IMG/VR virus record: IMGVR_UViG_2724679654_000001 | Coordinates: 1 to 64,000 of that record | From: a virus | Lineage: Duplodnaviria > Caudoviricetes | DNA: 64,000 nucleotides | Reading direction: 5' to 3' (one strand) | Part shown: in pieces, positions 38,114-48,249 of the stretch | Numbering within the stretch: the first letter of the stretch is position 1 | How the letters are laid out: every line of letters begins with the position of its first letter | Notes under the pieces: generated by a model | Told to the model about the DNA's origin: nothing | The model's input: the letters and a program-made list of their open reading frames with translations, nothing else | The model's database searches: none | Translations under genes and position numbers: made by a program

Positions 38114-39199
38114 ATGGCCAATGTATTTTTAGGCAAGATCAAAGGGCATATAAGCGAAGCCAAAAGCAGAGCCAAAGCAGATAAACTTGAGCGAGAAGCT
38201 GCAGAGAATCATCCCAGATCAATAATACTCACGAAGCGTGAGGTTCAAGGGGAATGGGACGCAAGCCGGGTGCTTATGACAACCATGGGCGGGGCTCCGC
38301 GCCCAATTACAACCAATGATTTAGCGCAATTCCGTCACAACATGCGGATGGCGCAAAAAAACTTCAATGGCGATGGTATTACAGCCCGTCAAGTAATCGA
38401 TCTGGCATCTTCAAAGCCCATGCCTGGGGTTGGGGCTGATACGGATATCGACCGTGCAAGAAAGCAGATCACCATGGCCGTCCCTGTTTCCGCAGTCAAT
38501 AATGAAATTAGGTTCATCACCAACGCCGGTCCTGATTCCGATGTGAACCGGCATCACGTTCTGGTGCGCTTCAATGCGTTTGCTGAAGCCGCCAATAAGC
38601 TGATGGCATCCACCGCCAAAGAGCGTAAAGATCCCAAACAAACCGCCAATTGGCTCAGAAAACAAAAGCTGGCATTCGATTGTGATTGCGGTCGGCACCG
38701 GTACTGGTTCCGTTATATCAGCACTATCGGCAACTTTAACGCCGGTCGAAAAGAGCTTGGCTTCCCAAAAATACGAAATCCTAATCTGAAGGGCGTGGCG
38801 TGTAAGCATGTTTTGCGCGTCATGTCGGAGGTCGAATCATCTACTTCGGTGTTGAATTTTCTGGCAAAACACATGGAAAAGCTGCGTGACTCGCAAGACA
38901 ACACAGCCAGGCATCGAATAAAGCAGAAAGAGCATGACGATGAAATTAAAAAGAAGGCGTCGTCCCGAGCAAAACCAATTAAAACAAGTGATCAGCGTGC
39001 AAAAGAGCGGCAAAGAATCAAGGAGCGAGAATCGCTCCATAAAAAAGCAAAGAAGACGACAAGGATGACCAAGAAACCAGCCGCAACACGCAGAATTGAA
39101 GCGGCTATGGCATCAGGTAAATTATCCACTTCAGACCTGGAAGTCCTGCGCAGGCTAGGATTCACCGATAAACAGGTTGCTGCAAAATTTAAAGAATAG
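38114..39199 (+). CDS. SWIM-type Zn-finger phage morphogenesis protein
   Basis: CDCGRH.Y...RNP.LKG.ACKH. Confidence 0.65.
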   Translation: MANVFLGKIKGHISEAKSRAKADKLEREAAENHPRSIILTKREVQGEWDASRVLMTTMGGAPRPITTNDLAQFRHNMRMAQKNFNGDGITARQVIDLASSKPMPGVGADTDIDRARKQITMAVPVSAVNNEIRFITNAGPDSDVNRHHVLVRFNAFAEAANKLMASTAKERKDPKQTANWLRKQKLAFDCDCGRHRYWFRYISTIGNFNAGRKELGFPKIRNPNLKGVACKHVLRVMSEVESSTSVLNFLAKHMEKLRDSQDNTARHRIKQKEHDDEIKKKASSRAKPIKTSDQRAKERQRIKERESLHKKAKKTTRMTKKPAATRRIEAAMASGKLSTSDLEVLRRLGFTDKQVAAKFKE

Positions 39200-39206
39200 G
39201 ATCGAT

Positions 39207-39689
39207 ATGTTAACGAATGTACCGACAGGAATTAATCGCATGGCGCGCAATATCGTCATCAATCACCCCAATTCTTTTGAATGTCAGATGTACCGCAAAT
39301 CTGTAGATCGAGCGAATGAATCAGTTGTTTCCGGCATGCCAACTATTGGCGGACTGGGTGTTATCAGCGCGGAAGACGAGGAAAGTATTTCTTACGAACT
39401 GCTTGGAAACGGATACGCGCTGCAGGCAGAACCATTTTCACCGTCGTCAATGATGGAAAGGCAAGACGCTAATAATGGATTTGCCAATGAATTCCGCTTC
39501 TTGATCGAACCAGAACAGCCTACCGGTGCAGTTGGCAGCTTCATGATAAAGAAAGGCGATGTGATGCTTATCGTGATATCCGATGATGTCCGGCTGGCAT
39601 ACGAAGTAGTTGACACAGAGACTGTCATGAACATTAGTCCGTTCGCAATGCGCTATGTAACAAATCGTCGGGGTGATTTGGATATTTGA
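39207..39689 (+). CDS. Hypothetical virion protein
   Basis: AGGA RBS, last gene of operon. Confidence 0.6.
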   Translation: MLTNVPTGINRMARNIVINHPNSFECQMYRKSVDRANESVVSGMPTIGGLGVISAEDEESISYELLGNGYALQAEPFSPSSMMERQDANNGFANEFRFLIEPEQPTGAVGSFMIKKGDVMLIVISDDVRLAYEVVDTETVMNISPFAMRYVTNRRGDLDI

Positions 39690-39908
39690 TTGGTATGCGG
39701 CGAGTCAGTGATAACGAATAAAGAGAAAATGACTTTGTTACTTCGGAATTTATGCCTGATTCGATGAGGCGTTTTTTACTTCAAAACATACCGATAATAT
39801 TTGCGCCTCGTTGATTTGTTGCGCGTGTATCGGATTTGCCAGTAAAGATGACTAAGTAATGTAAAATCTGGCATTGATGAAATTCAAATAGCAAAATTAG
39901 AATTTGAT

Positions 39909-40664
39909 ATGAAAATAGAATACATTGTCGGTAAATTGCCAGAATATCAATACGTTGGATTGCATAAAGATGAATTACCATTCTTTATGGGGTTAAATAA
40001 AAGACTAATGACATCCACGTACGGCGAAGGATCACCTCAAATATTTCATTATATTGTGACTCTATTTGATGAGCATGAGTTTAAGTTATCAAAAAACCCT
40101 AAAGCCGCAATGTGGTTAAAAGCATTAAAAGATAAAATTACTCAATTAATAGTTATTTATAATTCCTTCTTAGAAAAAATAAATGTGTTCAATAGGGAAA
40201 TTAATCAACATGCTAGTTCAGAAAATAATGAATTAACAATCCAGTTGAAAGACAATTATTTTATTTTTATTTCTGAAGCTGAAGCAATAATCTTAAAAGT
40301 AAGTTCGATACTTGATATCGCAGTTCAGTTGTTTAGCAATATCACAGGTAAAGAAATTGATAATTTTGGTAAATGGGTAAAAGTAAATGATGAAAAGTTT
40401 GTATATGATATCGATAAATATCTGCAAACTCTAACACGCACTTCCGTTACACTGATGCTGAACCATAAAATCAACAATAAAATTAAGCATCATGAAAGCT
40501 TAAATTTGTGTATTTTTTATAATTCAAATAGATGGTCTATTTGCTTAACAGGAAAAGCATGTGAAAGCAAAATACTTCTTCTAGACAAATACTTAAAGTC
40601 TAATGTAAGCGAGCTAATAGAGTTTTTAATTGAATTAAACGGAAGTATCAGAACAAGGATTTAA
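39909..40664 (+). CDS. AT-rich moron protein, possibly HEPN-like
   Basis: 251 aa, very AT-rich insert among late genes; S.LD and NNKIKHH motifs. Confidence 0.6.
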   Translation: MKIEYIVGKLPEYQYVGLHKDELPFFMGLNKRLMTSTYGEGSPQIFHYIVTLFDEHEFKLSKNPKAAMWLKALKDKITQLIVIYNSFLEKINVFNREINQHASSENNELTIQLKDNYFIFISEAEAIILKVSSILDIAVQLFSNITGKEIDNFGKWVKVNDEKFVYDIDKYLQTLTRTSVTLMLNHKINNKIKHHESLNLCIFYNSNRWSICLTGKACESKILLLDKYLKSNVSELIEFLIELNGSIRTRI

Positions 40665-40739
40665 GGAATATTACGTAGTAACCTATTCTATGCGGTTAAT
40701 TCTAACTTCATAAAGCAAAGTCAATCGTCTAAATAAAAC

Positions 40740-40780
40740 CGGAAAAACCCCCGTTTCAGCAAAATTCCAGATTCCAGAAT
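40740..40780 (+). promoter_or_regulatory. Late promoter (capsid operon)
   Basis: CGGAAAA-N28-CAGAAT. Confidence 0.7.
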
Positions 40781-40865
40781 AGGCACTTGCCAATGTTTTA
40801 AAAACATTGGAGGTGCCCGGTCATCCGTCCGGGTGAGAAATATTAACCATAGGACAGAAGAAATT

Positions 40866-42563
40866 ATGACCAAGCGAACGGTTCACCAAGAATATCTCAA
40901 AAAACAAACCGCTGAAGTAGCAGTATTTGCGGAAGCGTTGCGAGATCATGGCACAAACAAAGAAGGCACCTTCGATTCTGCTGCTGCTAATGATTTTATG
41001 GCAACGGCGATCAATCAGAATAATGCTGGTGTAAAAGTGCCGGAAAACCTGCAGATAGTCCTCGATGAAATGCCGTCTGGAGAAAAAGGCGATGCTGCGC
41101 GAAACGCGGTTACGCGGGCGATTCTTGACGGTATTGATATCTACGAATCGCAGCACGGTTGCAATGCCCCGGCAGATGTTATTGAGCATGGCCTGCATCT
41201 GGCATTCTCAACTACTGATTACGCGAAAAGAAAGTACAAGCTTCTCGACTCTGCAACATCAGATCATCAAGACAATCTTGGATTGCAGCCAAATCGCGCC
41301 GTGCTTGCCATATTGTCTACTATGGGTGACGCAATTCCTTTTGCACATTATCTGCCAGCCGATATTGGTTCTAACAAGGGTGTTCTGGCTGTTATGGCGC
41401 ATCAGGCAGGCAATACCTACGGTCAGTACGCTGCGGGCGGATCAATGGATGGCGCTAATTCAGGAAATTCTTATATCTCGGCATCGCGCGTTCACGTATC
41501 TATGCCAGCGGTTAGTACCGGCGCCGTTACCGGTGCGTTAACGGCGGTTCAAGCAACTGACGAAACTTGTGACTCAGCAGCAGCAACAATTAAGCTGTTG
41601 CGTGGCAGAACGTTGGTTTATGTTAACGGCATGGTTGCTGCAAAAGAAGTGGATCAAACAGGATCAGGCAGCTCCACGGTAAGCGGAACGATCAACCTGG
41701 GCGGCACTGATTACGTCATCGGTGGATCAATTAATACCGATACCGGCGTTTATTCACTGACCACAACCCCGGCATTGGGTACAACCGTTCCTGTTGCGGT
41801 TGAGGGTTTCATTGATTACGAACGCGCGCCAGAATTCACACCATCGATCATAGCTTCCGCTACTACATACGATCTGTATGCGTCCCCTTGGCGAGCGATC
41901 ACCCAAGTCACCATAGATTCGGCCACACAAATGGCAAACGAACTGGGACTTGACTCGTATGGCGAGAGTATTCTCACTATCCAAAATCAGTTTGCAAATG
42001 AGCGGCATTTTCAGGTTCTGCTCAAGGCTCGTCGTTTGGCGAAAAATAACAGCATTGATTATGACTTTGACTGGCCAAATCAGAAAGGGCAGAAAAACCG
42101 CGCGCAGATTTGGCTGGATTTTGCCACCCCACTGGGCGCAGCCTCGCAGCAAATGGCTGTCGATACGATGGATCACGGTATTACGCATATGTATGTGGGC
42201 AAATACATTGCTTCTCAATGGATGTCACTACCGCGCGAGATATTCGAGCCTTCTGGAATCGCTGAAAGACCCGGCATATTCCGTATTGGTCGTTTGTTTG
42301 GACGTATTGATGTGTATTACACACCAAAAGGTTTGACTGATACCGCAGCGGCTGGGCAAATTCTTTGCATCGGCAAAGCCACCAATGTTGCTCTCAATCC
42401 GTTTGTCTTGGGTGATGCTACAGCTCCAATCGTGCAGCCATTAGCTGTAAATGCGGATATGAAGCGTGGAGCGGCGTTCTATGCCCGTAATTTCAATGCA
42501 GTTAACCCATACAAGCAAGCCTCATTAGGATGCGCAATTATCAACGTTACAAACATGATCTAA
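40866..42563 (+). CDS. Major capsid protein (P1 gp23-like)
   Basis: 565 aa; QMANELGLD, IFRIGRL, VYY.P; first gene after late promoter. Confidence 0.8.
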   Translation: MTKRTVHQEYLKKQTAEVAVFAEALRDHGTNKEGTFDSAAANDFMATAINQNNAGVKVPENLQIVLDEMPSGEKGDAARNAVTRAILDGIDIYESQHGCNAPADVIEHGLHLAFSTTDYAKRKYKLLDSATSDHQDNLGLQPNRAVLAILSTMGDAIPFAHYLPADIGSNKGVLAVMAHQAGNTYGQYAAGGSMDGANSGNSYISASRVHVSMPAVSTGAVTGALTAVQATDETCDSAAATIKLLRGRTLVYVNGMVAAKEVDQTGSGSSTVSGTINLGGTDYVIGGSINTDTGVYSLTTTPALGTTVPVAVEGFIDYERAPEFTPSIIASATTYDLYASPWRAITQVTIDSATQMANELGLDSYGESILTIQNQFANERHFQVLLKARRLAKNNSIDYDFDWPNQKGQKNRAQIWLDFATPLGAASQQMAVDTMDHGITHMYVGKYIASQWMSLPREIFEPSGIAERPGIFRIGRLFGRIDVYYTPKGLTDTAAAGQILCIGKATNVALNPFVLGDATAPIVQPLAVNADMKRGAAFYARNFNAVNPYKQASLGCAIINVTNMI

Positions 42564-42620
42564 GCGTCAGATTAATAACTGAAGCAAATTAAAAGTAACG
42601 TTAATAAGGAGTTAGAAATT

Positions 42621-43121
42621 ATGGCAAGAAGAATAGAACTGGGATCACCTTCATTCGTGAAGGTGGCTCTGGCCAGCTTAATCGGGGCATTCGCTGATGC
42701 GAAATACCCGGTTAAGGTGGTTATCACAAACTACATGCCACGGGATATTTCCTTGCCTGACATTGGATTATTCCTGCGGCATGTATGCAACCCAAACGGC
42801 GAGAACAGGCGCGAAGTTGAGATCAAAAACTTTGATCAAATTCAGCGCCTGGCCTCGAATATCGGGCAGATATCACTGCTGAATGATTACCAGTATGCGG
42901 CTATGACCGTTGAGGAAGTAGTTGATGAGCCTGAGCAAGATGATTCTGAAGTTGAAGCCAAAGCCAAAGCGGAAGCGGAGGCTGCAAGGGTTCAAGCTGA
43001 ACTTGAGGCCGCCGCTGAAAATGCCAAGGCTGATGCTGAGAAGGAAGCGGCTGAAGCTGAAGCTAAGGCCAAAGCAGAGGCAAAAAAAGCGTCTCATTCT
43101 CACAAAACTAAGGGAGTGTAA
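42621..43121 (+). CDS. Hypothetical protein with Ala/Glu/Lys-rich tail
   Basis: AAGGAG RBS; between capsid and sheath. Confidence 0.7.
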   Translation: MARRIELGSPSFVKVALASLIGAFADAKYPVKVVITNYMPRDISLPDIGLFLRHVCNPNGENRREVEIKNFDQIQRLASNIGQISLLNDYQYAAMTVEEVVDEPEQDDSEVEAKAKAEAEAARVQAELEAAAENAKADAEKEAAEAEAKAKAEAKKASHSHKTKGV

Positions 43122-43127
43122 TAAACC

Positions 43128-44993
43128 ATGTCCGTTAATTTTGTTAGACAGCTTGGCTCTGAAGTTGGCGTGCAGCTTAACCCGCTGCGCGACAATTCAG
43201 AAATACCAGCCTCTGGAAATGGAGATCAGGTATTTGCCATCATGATGCGTTCTCTACGCGGTCGAATCGACAAACCTTTCAAGGTGGATCGTGGAAACGT
43301 GAAAAGAAAGCTCGGTAATGGTGAGCAAATACGGTTATCGGCACTGAATGAAGCGTGGGTGCATGTGGTGGAGGCATTGAATAATGGCGCGTATGAAGCC
43401 GTTGTTCAACGCCTTGTTACCAGTGATGCGGTGCTTAAATGGGCGGTAATAACAGCCGAGACCGATACACCAGCATTTGCCACTTCTCATACACCTGCTG
43501 TTTTAACGGCAACTGTCAATGCCGGGGCTGTCAGTGCGGTGACCGTGGTCAGTGGCGGCAAGGATTACGCCGGTACTGAAACAATCACTGTCGGAGGTCC
43601 AGGTACCGGTGCGGTGCTTACTCCGGTATTCACCGATGGGGTTATTACATCAGTAACGGTAACAACGCCTGGAACTGGATACACCACAGCCCCAGCATTG
43701 ACGTGCTTGCCAACTGCAGCGGAGCCAGTGGGAACGTATCTGATCGCAGTTAAACATCTGGAATGCTTTAACGACGGCATTAAAGTAGAAATTCGCGCGG
43801 ATGAAAAGAAATCCGGTGGAGTGGCGGTAGCAAACGCTATGCTTACTTTGCGCATCAAGGATAAAGATGGTTTATTGCTTTATGAATTTACCGGCTCATT
43901 AGATCCGCTTGCGAAAGATGATTTTGGCGCGTCAGCTTATCTTCCTGATGTTGTAGCAGCAATCACCGATGTTGTTGTGGTGAATGTTGGTGTAATAGAT
44001 GCCGGGGCAGATATTGAACCCACCTCGGATGCTTATGGTTATGACTCAGGTGGCAAGGAGAAATGGGCGAAATCAAGCGTTCTAACGTGTTTTATCGAGG
44101 GCAGTACAACATATTCAAACGATGATTACGCGGCCGCGCGAATTAAGCTGAATGATACGGTTCACGATTACGCTTATATTGCTTCGGGTGGATCTCAGTC
44201 CGTGACATTGTTAAGTGAATTGGCTCAATTGGCGTTTGATACTAACCGTCAACTGCGTTTCGATGTACCAGGAAATCTTGATGTGGATGCAGCTATCGCC
44301 TTCGTTGAGCAACTGAATATGGGTGCCAGCCAAACATCACACTTGTTACACGCTTTCTGGACTCCGATCAAGTCAGTCGACCCTACTGGCATCAATCCCA
44401 AGGGATATTTTGGCGCGGCCACGCTTAATATTGCTTATGCGTGCCTTCGTAACGCACAGAAAAACGCCAGGGGCTTCTCTCCTAAAAATTACCCAATAGC
44501 CGGGAAAGAATGGCCTGTTCGAAGAGTTGGTATGGCTCAGACTTATTTTCCAGGCAATCAGGAATTGAATGCTCTTGCGAAAGCCAAGATAAATCCAGTG
44601 TTATGGGAAATATTCTCAGGTGGCGGAAGCTTTGTGTTCAGGGACGAATTGACATCTGCTTTGGTGGATAACAGCTTGAAGAAATTGATCTCGGTAGCTG
44701 ATATGTCAACCAGTATCGATGATGCTGTTACCCGCTATGGCAAGGATGTTCTGTTGTTGCCGATGCAGGTGGCTATAAATCGAATGAATAGTTATCTCAC
44801 CCTATTGTTTGAAGGTGCGGAAGCTTCCGGGTGGCTGGTTCCAAGCGATTCGCCAGATATGGGTGGCAATGCGTGGAAATTTGATGTTCGCCCTAATGCA
44901 ATACGGCCATACGACAACATGGATGTTTCGTACTGGCTGCGTTACGACGGGGTTGTTAGACAGATTTTTGTCACCCAAACATTGTCTCGGTAA
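43128..44993 (+). CDS. Contractile tail sheath protein
   Basis: 621 aa; RG..DKPF, GxGY beta-insert, INPV, C-terminal YDGV.RQI. Confidence 0.8.
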   Translation: MSVNFVRQLGSEVGVQLNPLRDNSEIPASGNGDQVFAIMMRSLRGRIDKPFKVDRGNVKRKLGNGEQIRLSALNEAWVHVVEALNNGAYEAVVQRLVTSDAVLKWAVITAETDTPAFATSHTPAVLTATVNAGAVSAVTVVSGGKDYAGTETITVGGPGTGAVLTPVFTDGVITSVTVTTPGTGYTTAPALTCLPTAAEPVGTYLIAVKHLECFNDGIKVEIRADEKKSGGVAVANAMLTLRIKDKDGLLLYEFTGSLDPLAKDDFGASAYLPDVVAAITDVVVVNVGVIDAGADIEPTSDAYGYDSGGKEKWAKSSVLTCFIEGSTTYSNDDYAAARIKLNDTVHDYAYIASGGSQSVTLLSELAQLAFDTNRQLRFDVPGNLDVDAAIAFVEQLNMGASQTSHLLHAFWTPIKSVDPTGINPKGYFGAATLNIAYACLRNAQKNARGFSPKNYPIAGKEWPVRRVGMAQTYFPGNQELNALAKAKINPVLWEIFSGGGSFVFRDELTSALVDNSLKKLISVADMSTSIDDAVTRYGKDVLLLPMQVAINRMNSYLTLLFEGAEASGWLVPSDSPDMGGNAWKFDVRPNAIRPYDNMDVSYWLRYDGVVRQIFVTQTLSR

Positions 44994-45026
44994 TTTCTTG
45001 GTTATTTATTAAAAGAGGATTAGAGC

Positions 45027-45725
45027 ATGAACTTAGCAAATAGAGGAATGAGTGAAGTATTGCGAGATGTGATGAAGAGCGGCGCGTCAAATAAGCCTGT
45101 TTTGGATTCTGCGGAAGATGCTGGAACTAATCTGGTAGGCGCAGATGACTTTACGCTGAAAGATATTAAATTATCTGTTGCCGCAGTCATACAGCAATGG
45201 GTGGAAACTGATGATCTTGATGATGGTGAAACGTATGCGGATCGCTTGCTGGCATTAATGGTTGGAATCGCTGATGAAAATCATGATGGCGATATCACTG
45301 ATGATGAGCAAGGCGTTCTGGATATGGCGCTCAATGCAGCATGGGACTATTTATCCAGTAAAGGCGCTTCAGATGAGGATCTTGACGTGCTACTAAATGA
45401 TTGGGATGGAGATGTTGCTGATCGCGTGCGTGATCTGGTGGCATCGGTATTGCCAGAGGGTGAAGATGAGTCGGATTCGGATATTGATGACTTCGCCTTT
45501 AGTGCTGGTGATCAGGAACCTGCTTTGGACGCGGCATACAAGATGAAAATGGCGATTCGCAAGGGTAAAAAAGTGCGTATCAGAAAGCGTGTTTCTGGAA
45601 CTGTGCGATTGAGCGCAGCCCAAAAAGTTGGGCTTCGTAAAGCGCGCATGAAAAGTCATTCGGCAACTGCACGGATGCGCAGAGCCAAGTCAATGAGGAT
45701 TCGCAGAAAATCCGGAATTAAGTAA
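45027..45725 (+). CDS. Hypothetical virion protein, acidic body with very basic C-terminus
   Basis: D-rich region then R/K-rich ~60-aa tail. Confidence 0.7.
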   Translation: MNLANRGMSEVLRDVMKSGASNKPVLDSAEDAGTNLVGADDFTLKDIKLSVAAVIQQWVETDDLDDGETYADRLLALMVGIADENHDGDITDDEQGVLDMALNAAWDYLSSKGASDEDLDVLLNDWDGDVADRVRDLVASVLPEGEDESDSDIDDFAFSAGDQEPALDAAYKMKMAIRKGKKVRIRKRVSGTVRLSAAQKVGLRKARMKSHSATARMRRAKSMRIRRKSGIK

Positions 45726-45752
45726 ATAACATTGATTCACTTGCAGCCACCG

Positions 45753-45792
45753 GGCGCTACCGTATCGATAAAAACGTTCGGTAGCGCCTTTT
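45753..45792 (+). terminator. Rho-independent terminator
   Basis: GGCGCTACCG...CGGTAGCGCC stem + T-tract. Confidence 0.7.
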
Positions 45793-45808
45793 TACATCTA
45801 TATTTATT

Positions 45809-46615
45809 ATGAATAGAACATCATCGCAGCCGCCCAGCCTGGAAGGGAATTCACTCTCATCGCTTTGGGATGGTCTCTCACCGCATTTGATAGCCAGCTT
45901 CTACGAGATCAAAAGAAGTGACGAAGGCGTGTGGTCGAGAGCCAAAGCAGATCCCGTGGCCGTACTTGCCCCATTGTCTGAAGCCAGCATGGAGATATCA
46001 TTGAGCTGGCAAAGCCCGTTTGAGCATGCCGGGCCTGAATCACGCGCGCCCACGTTGCTTGCAATGCTGCAATCGGGTGCATTGATGCCATTAATTGATG
46101 CCATTCTGAAAGGTGACGATGCATCAAGCATGGCTTCCAAGGCGCAGCAGCGATCAAATGATTTTGTTCGTCAGTTTGAAGGCAGAACCGGCATTACCAA
46201 ACTGAATTCCACACAGGTATTCAATGGAATGCCGCCTGTTAAGTTCCAAATTACCGCTTTATTCCGGGCGTGGAGCGATCCTTTTGCTGAAGTAGAGGCA
46301 CCATTTAACAAGTTAATGGAATGGGCATTACCAGTAAAGCTTTCACCCGATGGTTCGGTATTGGCAAGATCCGCCCAGGCTGTCAAAGGCAATACTGGAT
46401 TTATTGATGCGTTGGTGCCATCTATCGCACCCACCACAGTCGCTATGAAGTACAAGAACCGCATCTATTCCCCGTTGGTTATTGAGGCCATAAATGACCC
46501 GATAGCATCACCGGTTGATAGAAATGGGCGATACGTTGAAAAGGCGGTAACGATGACACTGGCAACGCTTACGGCCATTGATCGGGATGATTGGGTTAAA
46601 TACGGAAGTTTGTAA
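45809..46615 (+). CDS. Putative baseplate/tube initiator protein
   Basis: WQSPFE, LNSTQVF.G.PP motif; late region. Confidence 0.55.
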   Translation: MNRTSSQPPSLEGNSLSSLWDGLSPHLIASFYEIKRSDEGVWSRAKADPVAVLAPLSEASMEISLSWQSPFEHAGPESRAPTLLAMLQSGALMPLIDAILKGDDASSMASKAQQRSNDFVRQFEGRTGITKLNSTQVFNGMPPVKFQITALFRAWSDPFAEVEAPFNKLMEWALPVKLSPDGSVLARSAQAVKGNTGFIDALVPSIAPTTVAMKYKNRIYSPLVIEAINDPIASPVDRNGRYVEKAVTMTLATLTAIDRDDWVKYGSL

Positions 46616-46616
46616 T

Positions 46617-46760
46617 GGCTATGTAACAATTGGTTGTTGAAAATGATTTGCAAAATAACACGATTTATTTTTAATCAACTGGTTATATGCTTTTATGGTT
46701 ATCAGAAAATCATTTGTCATCATTGAATTGAAAAATTCAACAGTTAACTGTTACATAGCC
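46617..46760. mobile_element. 144-bp MITE with 25-bp imperfect TIRs and 8-bp TSD
   Basis: GGCTATGTAACA...TGTTACATAGCC; TTTGTAAT directly repeated at 46609-46616 and 46761-46768. Confidence 0.85.
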
Positions 46761-46844
46761 TTTGTAATTTTTAACTGCGAAATATTCCACAAATTATTCC
46801 AAATTGAACCTTGTATTTGAGTTTCTCTGTTAAAAAAGTAATAG

Positions 46845-46885
46845 CGGAAAATCCACCAAATTCCATCAGCGCAATTTAGCACAAT
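46845..46885 (+). promoter_or_regulatory. Late promoter
   Basis: CGGAAAA-N28-CACAAT. Confidence 0.7.
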
Positions 46886-46914
46886 CATGGCATGTAGTTC
46901 ATGACCAAAGAGAG

Positions 46915-47703
46915 GTGTTGCTGGTGATTTATTTTCCTGTTCTCAGAATGCGGCGTTTGACGGTGCAACTACGAGAGCTATCAATTGGTGAATCGATAAA
47001 GATAGCATCAATTCCCGTGCATTTGGAAGAAGCGGCTATTACCGCCATGCTTCGGTGTGTTGTCGAAAGCGTGAAGGGCAATGATATTGTCGAAGATCCC
47101 GCGCATTGGACAGTTCAGGAACGCATTATGGCGGTATGCCACTACCTGGCATCCATTTCCGATGGCGAGCCGGATTTCGTTATTGGTATGGGTCGTTATT
47201 CAGATTATTTGGATGGCGGTAATGATGCCGGGGTAATTGAAAGCGATATCAATATCGGTGAAGTTGGTGGAGATATCTGGCATATAAGGCTCCTGACCGG
47301 CGCTATGGCAGAATCGATTGAGCGTCTGAACGGCGAAATTGATGGAGTAACTGGAAAGCTTCATTGGTTGTTGGGTGGAATGGCGGCGCAATTGACGATG
47401 GAAGGCGAAAATAGTCCAAGCCCGATAGATGGTGAGGGCAATTTTGATCAATTCCTTGTTGATCGGATGAAAGTCATGGCCGGTTATCCTGAGAGTGATT
47501 TTAATGCATTGCTTGGTCTGTATTTCTCCGGGCGCGAAAAACTACACCACTTATTCCACATAGAATTCGATAACAACGGAATTGTTTCACTACCAAAAGG
47601 AGGGGCGGCAAGCGATTTGCCACCCGCCCGATTTCCGGTTAGTGCCTGCCTCTCGCGCGTCGTGCTTAACCTGGTCAGAGTCACTCATGAGCCTGGCATC
47701 TAA
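46915..47703 (+). CDS. Hypothetical tail assembly protein
   Basis: 262 aa; WTVQER motif; follows late promoter. Confidence 0.6.
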   Translation: MLLVIYFPVLRMRRLTVQLRELSIGESIKIASIPVHLEEAAITAMLRCVVESVKGNDIVEDPAHWTVQERIMAVCHYLASISDGEPDFVIGMGRYSDYLDGGNDAGVIESDINIGEVGGDIWHIRLLTGAMAESIERLNGEIDGVTGKLHWLLGGMAAQLTMEGENSPSPIDGEGNFDQFLVDRMKVMAGYPESDFNALLGLYFSGREKLHHLFHIEFDNNGIVSLPKGGAASDLPPARFPVSACLSRVVLNLVRVTHEPGI

Positions 47704-47911
47704 CATCAGTCTTTATTCTCACACCTCTTTGCTTGACGCATTGAATCTGCCTGCAAGTGTTGCAAAAGATTTCTTTGATGGCAAACCGTTTGGAGATTGG
47801 AAGAAAGGCCGTGAAGCCGAAGCCAAAACACAATCGGCAATTGTCGGTCGCCTGAATTCAGTAATTCGGGCGATTGGCATCCTTGCCAAGATAGCAGCAG
47901 GGAGGAAATAG
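47687..47911 (+). CDS. Small hypothetical protein overlapping the previous gene
   Basis: ATG 47687; frame is open from at least 47582. Confidence 0.55.
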   Translation: MSLASNISLYSHTSLLDALNLPASVAKDFFDGKPFGDWKKGREAEAKTQSAIVGRLNSVIRAIGILAKIAAGRK

Positions 47912-47913
47912 AC

Positions 47914-48246
47914 ATGGAAACACCGCAATGCCCGCACGCCATGCAGATAGGATCGTGTGAAGCCAGAATAACCGCTCTCGAGAAAGGCACTGGTGATCTT
48001 AAAAAATCCATTGCCGATCTTGAAAACTCTCTTGAAGCCAAGATCAATGAAGTGACATTAATGGCTCAAAATAACGCGGTAAAAATACTAGAAGAGAAGG
48101 CAAAGCAGTCTGGATTCATTAAGGGTATGCACATGACAGCAACGCTCATTGGCTACTCAATAATCATTGTTTCGCTGATTCTGGCTGGCAAGTTCACGGG
48201 CGCAATAGAGTCAGTCCTAAAGCTATTAAGTGGCAAGGGGTTATAA
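47914..48246 (+). CDS. Coiled-coil + TM protein, holin/antiholin candidate
   Basis: GGAGG RBS; directly before endolysin. Confidence 0.55.
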   Translation: METPQCPHAMQIGSCEARITALEKGTGDLKKSIADLENSLEAKINEVTLMAQNNAVKILEEKAKQSGFIKGMHMTATLIGYSIIIVSLILAGKFTGAIESVLKLLSGKGL

Positions 48247-48249
48247 AAC

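Noticed and set aside
42950-43090. GCTGAAGC/GCCAAAGC quasi-repeats
   Set aside because: Explained by Ala/Glu/Lys low-complexity coding
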